From Octopus sinensis (Eukaryota): a stretch of 64,000 nt of DNA. Shown here piece after piece: positions 53,992-64,000 of the stretch. A program made the position numbers and the translations under genes. Below the pieces are notes generated by a model. It did not search any database and had not been told where the DNA came from. It saw only the letters and a list, made by a program, of their open reading frames with translations. The stretch spans positions 152,148,001 through 152,212,000 of the forward strand of contig NC_042998.1 of the NCBI RefSeq assembly GCF_006345805.1, in the 5' to 3' direction. Numbering within the stretch: position 1 is the first letter of the stretch; each line of letters begins with the position of its first letter.

Positions 53992-54435
53992 CCGTACTGA
54001 ACAGCCATTTTAAAGTGGAAACAAACATTAGTTTTCAGTATTGTTACTACTTACATCTCTTCTAGAGATTTTACAACTCGCCACTTTGCTTGTTGAAAAT
54101 CAGCAGCTAATTGTCACTTGTTTTTGTATATGTTGCGAGCTAGGACGAACCACTGCTATATCTAACAGACAGGGGTCCAGTACTGACGAAGGGAAATACC
54201 CTGAAACCAGACTGGTATACTGATCTTGTCACCGCTAGATTGCAGGGGTTCACTACCCAGCTCGCAATATATTAGAAACAGGTTGTGTCGTTAAACAGCT
54301 GGAGGAGATGTACTCCTGGGGTTTAAAAAATGGTCGTAACGTAGTTCCGTACGAAACAGCCATATTCAAATGGCAACAAACATTACTTTTCAGTATTGAA
54401 ACTACTTAAATTTCTTATAGAGATTTTAGAACTAG
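53992..54435 (+). mobile_element. Old HHR-bearing non-coding unit with diverged ~89-bp direct repeats, period 355 bp
   Basis: ccgtac..aacagccat.t.aa.tgg.aacaaacatta.ttttcagtattg..actactta...tagagatttta.aact at 53992-54080 and 54347-54435. Confidence 0.7.
54178..54222 (+). ncRNA. Canonical compact type I hammerhead ribozyme
   Basis: cagta-CTGACGA-aggg-aaata-ccct-GAAA-cca-gac-tgg-TA-tactg. All three stems are Watson-Crick and the core is intact. Predicted GUA cleavage after 54217. Confidence 0.88.
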
Positions 54436-54442
54436 TTAATTT

Positions 54443-54552
<110 letters not shown>

Positions 54553-56324
54553 ACACATACACACACATAAATTCTGTACGACTCTTACTCTTTCTTTTAG
54601 CCTCTTCACTCTTTCTTTGTTTTTTCCACTATCTTTTTCTCGCTCTCCGTCTCACTTTCCCTCCTCCTTTACCTCACTTTGTCCCTTTCCTTTTTCTCTC
54701 TTTCTCGTCCCTCCCTTATTCTTCAATCCCTCTGCTTCTACCTCTCTCCTCTCCTTCCATGTGACCGGTGCTCCGCCAAGCCTGACCTTTCTTTCTTGGT
54801 TCGGCCACCATTTCTTATATTCCTTCCCATGACTTTCATCTCTTATATTCCTGCCGTAAAGCTTCACTTCCACACACACCAGCTTAATTTAATTCGTCCT
54901 CAGTCGAAAGACACCTGTTGTTTGCATTTGTGTACCATTTCTCCGTTTTTTGTTGGTTTTTTTCCGTTTTTGTTTTTCGATCTTATTTTCGTATACATTC
55001 GCTTGCTTTCTTCCAAAGAATCTAGCGCTCTTAGCTTAAATTTTCTTGGGATCGGATAGATTGGAGCAGTCTAGAGTATAACCGGTCGAAGCTGCAACGA
55101 TCTGGAAGTCGACTTAAGAAAGAAAGCTCAGAATGACCCGTCTTTGTATTTTCATGTTTTATCTCGTCTAACTATCTGGATGTTTTATTGACACCTGTTA
55201 CGTTGTTGTTCAATTTTTTTATAAATACATATAGCGGCGTACTACACTTTTGGTCTCCTGTATGTAAGTATATATATATACATAACATACATACAACTTT
55301 CGCTACTGATCCACACCTAATAAAAAATAAAAAATAAACTGGTAATCTTCTGGCAAATGCGAAGAAGCATATTTTCTTAATGGAAGAGCGTTGGAGTAAT
55401 GAAGCAGTGAAAATTTACTACAGCTCAACACGTGAAATGTTATATACATTATAGCTGGATAGGAGACTGGGGTCAGCTATTGTATGTTGTGGGAGGAACT
55501 ATCAAGAGAAACTTCAGTAGACCTTTGAATTGAACCAACGCCTCTTTTATCAGTTCTACAAAATATTTAGGTAAGATTTCTCCATCGGTTAGATGAATAG
55601 GGTGATAAATGACAGAGATCTAAAATGCCCCAACTATTTGTAATTCAGTACCAAAAATTTACGACAAACTATCATCGTCGAGATAAATTGCTATTAACCC
55701 TAACTGACCTTCCAAATCGAACATTAAATGAACGTCAGAATAAACAAGTAGGTTCTTCTGAGAACACCTGAAAACACAAGTCATGAGCGAGGTGACATCA
55801 ATAATAACAATAACATTAAGACGAGAGTACCGTCATTACACTGATGTACAGTGGCTGTTTATGGAGAAACATAAATAAAGGATATGAACAAAAAGTTCAG
55901 ATAAGAAAATTGAGACAAAAATTTCACCATTTCAAATAAATAAATAAATAAAAATCAACTGCGGTTGATTTATTCGAATAAACCCTTCAGGATAGTTCCC
56001 CGGCATGACTGAAATTCATTGACTGAAACAAGTAAGAGGTAAAAAGATTAGCATTAATAAACAATTACATAAAAGAACAATTATGACACAAATCAACAGA
56101 AAACTTAGCAACTTGGTGTTATCGAGAATTCTAACCTTTGGACTTTCTATGTCCTACTATAACGTGCTGCAGTGACCATTCGCCAATAGATGGAAGTAAC
56201 AACTGTTTTCCTTTAAACAAAAACTGTGAGTAGTAAGTGCAAAGTTTGTTAACGTAACAAATTATTAGAAGGTATGAACATGGACAGTTTGAATCCTGCA
56301 CAACGAGCTGCAAAAGAAAAGACT

Positions 56325-56364
<40 letters not shown>

Positions 56365-56649
56365 TATGCTATATATAAAGGCATTCTTATATGCATACGT
56401 ATATTCATACATATATGCCTGCGTCTTTAAGTGTTTCTTAAAGATAAGTGAACAATGGGTTAAGCTCGAAGTCTTACAGTCTCGAGAATCAACATCACTT
56501 AGAAGTATTAAACAGCCTTTCTTGGTCTGGAACCCAGAATCGACTTTTATTTTTACAGTTAGGAGGTGAAAATACAGAATGGCCTTCTCTTTTATAAAAA
56601 TCCAGTTTCATTTACAAGCTGGATGTACAAGCTGAATAACCTTTACAGT

Positions 56650-57340
56650 TTTCATACTCCAAATTCTTCCTATTCCAAATTGTAAGGGATTGTAGTTTTT
56701 TTTCCGTCCTCTTTTTTATGATCCTGGAACCAAATGGGCATTAGTAAGCAACTTCGCTTTTCCTTGTCTATAATTCTTATGCCCAGTGTATTATTTTCTA
56801 ACTTCTTGTCCATTTGAATTGGAAAGTCCCACAAAATCTTACATTTCTCCGACTCCAGTACTTTTTCGACTTGATGATTGTACCATGTGTTTCCAGCTTC
56901 AAATCCCCATTTCTGGCAAAGTTTCCAGTGTAAAACGTTTACAACTTGGACATGCCACCATTTCTTATATTCTTCCTGTGCCAACTTGGGGCATTCTGTT
57001 ACAATGTGTGCCACTGTCTCATTCCAAGTTCTCTCCATTTATATTTTCTCTCAAGTTGTTTGTTTTTATCACTTGATCTTAGGTCGCTACAATTAGGTTC
57101 TCTGTTTCTTTTATTAATTGCCCTTTTTTAAATCAAGCCCAGGATTTTGTTCCATGTATATCCTCAGTGGCTTTCCAATATTGAATGGTTTCTCTTCAAT
57201 CTGTCTGACATGCTCTCTTTGAATTTCATTCTTATCCTTTTCTCCTATTACACTCTTGATCACCTGTTCTTTACCCGCTGTCTTTAGTGGTTTTTCTTTG
57301 CTGTTCTGTAAATACTCTGATAGGCTTTGTTGTTGTTGTT
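56650..57340 (-). mobile_element. RLE-type non-LTR retrotransposon 3' fragment
   Basis: ETVAHIVTECPKLAQEEYKKW...LHWKLC...WYNH...KILWDFPIQ. Confidence 0.85.
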
Positions 57341-57653
57341 GTTGTTGGAACTCCTGGAGTCTTGCATGCATAACACACTTGTTAATAGCAGCCTACCATG
57401 CTATCTGTTCTTTTCAATTATCTAATAATAACTATTAATTATGATTATTATTATTTATTTACTTCTCTTGATTTATTTCTGTCATGTCTCAGCTCCATCC
57501 TACAGCTTAGAGAGGCAGCAATTTTCTCAACATATGAGTTATTCCAAGTATTGCTGCCAAATGAATACTTCCTATGAAGATATGTATTTGTAGCTTTTGA
57601 TGCCAGTGCCACACTCAATGATGTATCTCAGAACCAGGAATCAGGAAGCTCTT

Positions 57654-57744
<91 letters not shown>

Positions 57745-58074
57745 GGTTCAGAATTGTACAAAAAATGTCAGAGACAGGTAAAGGAACAGGAAAAATGAAA
57801 GTCTTTGACGTTTCGAATGTAGGTTCGAAACGTCAATGAGAAGAGATAAGAAGGAAGGAGAAAATATATACATATACATATGTATACGTATATACACACA
57901 TATATTCGCGTGTGTCTATGTGTGTGTGTGCACACGTGTGTGAATGCAGAAGTACATGTGTGAACGTGGCCATCGTTATGTATTTGCAGTTTGCAGTTTT
58001 ATTCCCGCAGACGATGCCTACTGCCACTCTCTCCGCCGCTTCGGCTGCTGCTACTGCTGCTGATGCTGCTGAGG

Positions 58075-58125
<51 letters not shown>

Positions 58126-59491
58126 ATGATGGTGAATTTCTTAACGATTTCTTTGAACACGAAACCGACTACATGTTTCTGTTGTGTGCGGTTAGTGATA
58201 ATGTTGGTAAAAGTATTTATTGTTGGTATCAAATTAGGTTGGTGAGTTAGAAGTTGGGGAATCGAAGATAAAAACATAGAGCCTGGAAAATATAAATAAA
58301 TATAAGAACAAGCAAAAATTCTCAAAAGTTATAGAAAATATATAGAAAAGTAAATTCCTTGGAAGTCTACATTCATACACTGCATACTCACGTTGAAACA
58401 CACACACACACACACACGTATATATATATATTTTTTTTGTTTAAAGACACACGCTCACACGGATCTATCCATCAATCTGTCAGACTATATGTGTGTATGA
58501 GCATCTAAATCTATCGTGTCGCATTGTAAGCATTAAAATGTATTGTAATGTTCGTGCCAGAGTTGCTCTTGTGGCAAACGACAATTACTACTACTACTAC
58601 TACTACTACTAACATCATCATTATGATCATTATTGTTATTACTTTTTCATCACACTTTCTATATCCTCAATATAAAGCGTTACTTTTTCATTGCCGACTT
58701 TTCTGAAGTCACGGCTTTCATAGAATTTGGCGCAGAATTTTTTTTTTTTGTTTTTACATCTTCAAATCATCATTGTTAACAATGTTGCTCTTGTTGTTGT
58801 TGCTTTTGTTGCTGTTGTTATTATCATTGTTCCAATGCTGGCTACAGGAGTGGTTTCGGCTGCTGTTGTTTGTTTTCGTTCGTATTTTCCAGTCTTTCTT
58901 TAACAAAAAATAAAAAATTCTAAATAAAAAAATAATTTTTCTATTTTTGTGTCTTTTCTTTTGTATTTTCTGGTGAATTTTTTGTTCTTTTGTTGTTGCT
59001 ATTGTTTATTGTTGTTATTGTTGTATCTATGGAACTTTTCTATGAATACTGGAAAGTACCTAGGAAGTTTAGTTAAATGTATTACCATCTAAACTCCAAA
59101 CACATAAACTGACTGCTCTGGTGACCTTTCCTACGCTGTAGGTGACCAGAGTCGCTGCTCTCTTGATTGTATTATGTCAGTGATGGCGGTCTGGGCACGG
59201 CAAGAACTCTAATTTCAATTTTTGTTCTTCAATAGAGTGACTTGTGTTTTCAAGCAATTATATTCAACTATTCTTGATTCTATTGCAAGATATACAACTA
59301 AAAGAAGTTGCTACTGCAACTACTAACACTTACAAATTGTGCTACTGTTTTTGATGCCCATCTTCGTTGTTTTTGTTCTTGATCTGTTTAGGCCACAAAT
59401 CCTGGGGAAAATGTCTCTTTGATGCCGTAAGCTGTTACCCTCAATACATAAACAGAACTGACTGGTAGTCAGACTGGTTGAGGTTGATTTC

Positions 59492-59540
<49 letters not shown>

Positions 59541-60439
59541 GCAACAATAATGTTTTCAAATTTTGGCACAAGGCCAGCAAATTTAGGGGAGACAGTCAGT
59601 CAATTACATCGCCCCCAGTACTCAACTGGTACTTATTTTATCGATTCCGAGAGTATAAAGCGCAAAGTCGACCTCGACGGAATTTGAACTAACGATTCTG
59701 CCAGCTCGCAGCCTTTATAATTCTTTCCACAGTAAGCACAAGGCCTGGAATTTGGGGGGAAGAGGCTAGTTGATTACATCGACCTTAGTGCTCGACTCGT
59801 ATTTATTTTATTGGTCCCGAAAGAATGAAAGGCAAAGACAACCTCAGCGATATTTGAACTCAGAATGTAAAGACGGACGAAATGTCACTAAGCACATTTG
59901 AACATCGAGGAACTAAAAACTGATGTTTCTTTGCGAAGATGATGCAACAGCACTTCATACCCGCAATGAGCTTTGTCAACTGATAAAATTCAACAGCAAC
60001 TCAACGGATCTTCACTTTACCTAAAGTACACATCACCAAAAGAGGAAGTTACCGAAAAATCACACCAACGAAACTGCAACGCTAACAAAATTGATGGTGA
60101 CGCAAATTTTCTTTAAGCTCTAGATTATCCTTGATTGCATAATCTGCCGTGTATTTCAACCATGACCAGCCGGTCTTACGGACCAATACAGTCAAATATG
60201 TCTTTCCCTTTTCAAAAGAGAAACTGGATCTGTTTCTACCCCTTGCCTCATAATGAGTATGAGATGGGCAGCGGTGGTGGTGTTGTTATTGTTATTGGTG
60301 GTGGTGGTGGTGGTGGAGAGCTCTGACTAACTCTACTCCTGAATAATAAACATAGATTGGTCAAAGTATTCAGCTGGCCCTTACTCGCTGTGATCAGATA
60401 GTCTGCGTGGATACAGGAAAGTGTAACATACGGCTCTTC

Positions 60440-60870
60440 ATACGTATATTCTGAATTGCTTGAAAATATTTGGAATCGCTCACAACATCATGAATCTATT
60501 GAACCGAAGTATGAATGGATGGACCACAGAGCTCACATCGGGGAGGCAAATCATAGGCTTTGTCAACATCAAACATGCGATCTTCGAAGGAGATAGCTTG
60601 TCACCAGTGGTATTTGTGTTGTGCATGATACCGCTGACTTTGATTTTAAGAAACATGAAAGCTACATATGAGTTGAAGGAAAGGAAAAATAAGATCAACC
60701 ATCTCCTGAAGCCTTATGGGGGAAACGAAAATCAGCTGAATTCATTGATTTATATTGTAGATTGCTTTAGCATGGGCATTTGAAGGAATTCTGAGCCGAA
60801 AAAGTTTGGTGTGTTTATTCCAAAAAGGGAGAAAGTTCAAGAAGTGAATGATGCGATATTTCCCACGGGT
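60440..60870 (+). mobile_element. RT fragment of an RLE-clade LINE
   Basis: AIFEGDSLSPVVFVLCMIPLTLIL...INHLL, matching GIFQGDSLSP...INHLL. Confidence 0.8.
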
Positions 60871-60949
60871 GAACAATTTTGATTTCTCTATCAATCAACA
60901 AGGAATGATATTTTCTGCCTGTTAAATCCGTTTACCTAGCGAATTGTGT

Positions 60950-62240
60950 ACGAAACTCATAGCAACCTACTGAAACACTTGTGTTCGAATATTTTGCTTC
61001 TACGTTTCATATTATCTGTGATTATTCAGTTTTCCCATCTATACAAAAGAAAATCCCCAAAGTAATGCAGCACTCGTTCAGTTTTAGCTTTGTATTGAGA
61101 GAAATGAAGGCATTTCTTTTTTCCTATGACGTTCAGCTTTGATCAAACAGATGAGACCAAACCAAGTGTCACGTTTATGCTGTCTATTGATTTGTCATCC
61201 CTACTGAATATTGATCCGAGTTTTTTTTTAATTTATCCTCTTCTTGAAGTTCATTCACCATGATAGCTGCTTGTTGTATTAGGGCTGAGAATATTGATTA
61301 GAGACTTTTCTTGTCTGAACTGATTTCCATTTCATTCACTCCTGGTATTTTCCCAGTCTTGGATCAATTTCTTAGAGGTTTAATTCTCTGCCTTCTATTG
61401 GATCGATATCTTCAGATAGGGCTGGTTTCAAAGGGGCCATTTACCAGGAAGGTATTTAAAAAGATTGCAGAGAGGAGACAACCTATATAAACACCAACTG
61501 TTGTCCTCAAGAAGTCTCTGATGTTGTTATTCGGAAGATCTGTACGATTTGAGTTTTCGTACCGTGGTTGAATCACACGGATGAAGTTGCTGTCCGAAAT
61601 CCCCCATCATCTGCCGCAAACCGTCCTGTAAGACACAGTCAAAAAATTTCATCGACGTCCATAAAGTTTTGGTAGAGGTGGTCACATCGAAATTACAGAA
61701 GTTTCTTAATCAACAGTCTGATGTCAAATATCTGCCCAATTGTATTCCATTTCCACCTGAATCCTGCGTGTTCTTCTGCAAGAGATATCTTCTATTAAGA
61801 TATCTCTCAGCCTTACTTTACTGAGGTGATAGATCAAACCAATGAAACCACAATTATGTAAGTTACCTTTCTCTATTTGACAAATTTCTGTCAGTGCCTT
61901 CATGAGTTATATTACATGTTTTTTCTCCTGAAGTATTGAAACATACCTAGGTTGTCTATCTTTGGAGGTATTATCCAGAAAGATGTTATCACGGAGTTAA
62001 TAACTGTAAAATTCCTTGCATTGCTCAGACTATCTTACAATACAGTCTCGTCTGTGCAATGGGTTACTTAGGAATTATTATCATTTATATTATCTCAAAA
62101 GCAGCCACGTTGTTGCCATTCTTTAGTCCATATTCGCTATTATCACACTGTTTTTTTTATCTACCCCTCTTGACATCTTCAGTTTTCTTGTTTTGTCTTC
62201 TTATTCACATCATTGTATCGCAGAGTTGCTTCGAGATCTG
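60950..62240 (-). mobile_element. Degraded RTE LINE RT fragment
   Basis: LAEEHAGFR...TIGQIFDIRLLI...NFMD...TTVGV, best seen at 61420-61800. Confidence 0.65.
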
Positions 62241-62272
62241 TTTACTAGATCGTCATCGGGGATCGTCTAGAA

Positions 62273-62518
62273 CGGTGTTTCTCAACCATTTTTTAGCTAT
62301 GGACCCCTCGGTTGCTATTTTGCTCGGATGGACCTTCCTTGTTATTCTATGCTTTAAAAAAATCATGTGATATTTTTATAATTAAATATTATTAGGAACT
62401 GTATTTAAAAATTACTAAAATATTTTGTGTATTGTAACCAATTTATTGCCGAAAAAGTTTTACAACAGAATCTTATATGGGTGTTAAGGGCCATATGGAC
62501 CTCAGTTGAGAACCACTA
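62273..62518. mobile_element. hAT/Charlie-like MITE
   Basis: TIRs cggtgtttctcaac / gttgagaaccacta, with imperfect 8-bp TSD-like flanks gtctagaa / gcctagag (the NTCTAGAN preference of Charlie elements). Confidence 0.75.
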
Positions 62519-63742
62519 GCCTAGAGTTACACTGGTCAAAGATGGCATCGGTGGTTAATAGCTTTATCAGTACAAGATTTAAACTTTTGAACATGAGTAT
62601 GAGTAAAGTGGTTATGACTCTGCCATTAAATAAGTTCCACGTTGTCACCCAAGAGGTCCTGTGGGGGAAAAGGGTAACCTTCTGGCTGCAGGAAAATTCT
62701 AAATGTTGTAGATGTTGATTGCTTGCTGTTTTAATCTCAAAACAACCGATAGTGCCAGTTGGGACATCCGTGCCTATTTTAATATTCCAGAAGAATGACT
62801 TCCTTTTGAAGTGGCTTGTGTGTTATATTTCCTAGAACCTCATAAGCTCTTTAACTACATCATCGACATATTCAAATGTTGGAACATAGTCCTAGACGAT
62901 GGTAATTCTCTGTAATGCTGCAAACAAGTAAATAAGCAACATGTATACGAGTTGTGACTGTGAAGATTAGGACAGGGTGTGTTCTGCAGTTGTTGACATA
63001 TGGGGCCACCTTCTGTACTACAGTTTGTGGTCTTCATCTACAGTCGTTTCTTCCCACCAACTCGAACATGTTCCATGTTTATTTGACATGTCCAGGAGTA
63101 AGTTCTTTTTACTTCTTCTTTCATTCCATGGTACATTTTAACCAGCCCACGTGTACAAAATACACCCACTCCACATCTCAAAGACGGCGCTTTGTTTGGA
63201 GACGTTAGTGGCTGCTGTTGTCAATGATTTTGGACTTGTCTCTACGGTACTGTATTAATCACCTCCAACTTGGACAGAATTGTGTTTAATTTTCCGGATC
63301 TCGACAAAATCGGCTGAAATGGAGAGAAACACTTTGATGTCCACCAGCACCATTACTCGAATGGATGGGTAAACTGGCTCTCACATAGCTCTAATTTTCG
63401 ACACCAAAACATTTCCTCAGTTATGCTTCGGATGCAGCTTCTGCCAACAATAGTGAGAAACTGGGATGCTTAGAGAGGCGATGGGCCCCGGCAAACATTT
63501 TCCCAAGCAAGTGAAACGCCATATATGGACCCACTAAAAAAAATAGCGTAAATACGTACACATGCACGTACATACATTGATGCATACATACTTACATACA
63601 TACATACACATCAACACACACATGTGTGTGTGCGTGTGTTTGTGTGTGCGTGTATATATAAATGTTTGTTTTCATGTTCAGTTGCAATAAAAACAATTTC
63701 ACAGTAATTTGATGGGTTACAAATACTTTTATAGAGTATAAA

Positions 63743-63865
63743 TTTATCATTCTTAAAGGAGAATATTATTGACAGTGACTTCGAAGTTTCGGCAGTCCGG
63801 CGATTGCTTAACTGGCCGAAGCTTCGAAGTCAGTATCAATAATATTCTTGGTTATGAATAATAAA
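63743..63865. repeat. ~120-bp imperfect hairpin
   Basis: agaatattattga/tcaataatattct, tgacttcgaag/cttcgaagtca and ttcggc/gccgaa are nested inverted segments. Confidence 0.85.
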
Positions 63866-64000
63866 TAACTGTTTTCGCACATATACATATATACATGCAC
63901 ACACATGCATATATACATACATACATTCATATTTGCATATTAAGATACATGCGATATAATATATGCAGATATAAACACATATACATGTAGATGTGCATAC

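Noticed and set aside
57991-58250. Poly-Ala/poly-Asp ORF resembling a low-complexity protein
   Set aside because: It comes from (GCT)n(GAT)n microsatellites with no supporting coding context.

Overview
Repeat-saturated eukaryotic DNA. The microsatellite load and the SINE families look like octopus (coleoid cephalopod); this is recognition from memory, not a search result. I can support no host protein-coding gene, and most ORFs in the track are translations of (TA)n, (CATA)n, (CA)n or (AAT)n runs. The real coding remnants are all transposon-derived: at least five Penelope-like elements (PLEs; RT and/or GIY-YIG; one near full length), RTE, CR1-like and RLE-type LINE fragments, a decayed Ty3/gypsy, two mariner derivatives, a Helitron fragment, MITEs and SINEs. 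The main signal is nine hammerhead-ribozyme (HHR) motifs, identified by hand folding, in seven unrelated sequence contexts, several with non-canonical cores. The best candidate for an undescribed system is an ORF-less 1.08-kb element at 35977-37057. It has two near-identical 392-bp direct repeats 492 bp apart, each with a complete type I HHR, plus a 197-bp inverted arm, and it sits in (TA)n. This is a retrozyme-like or mini-Penelope architecture predicted to release a 492-nt, possibly circular, RNA. A second, older HHR-bearing unit with a 355-bp period lies at 53992-54435.
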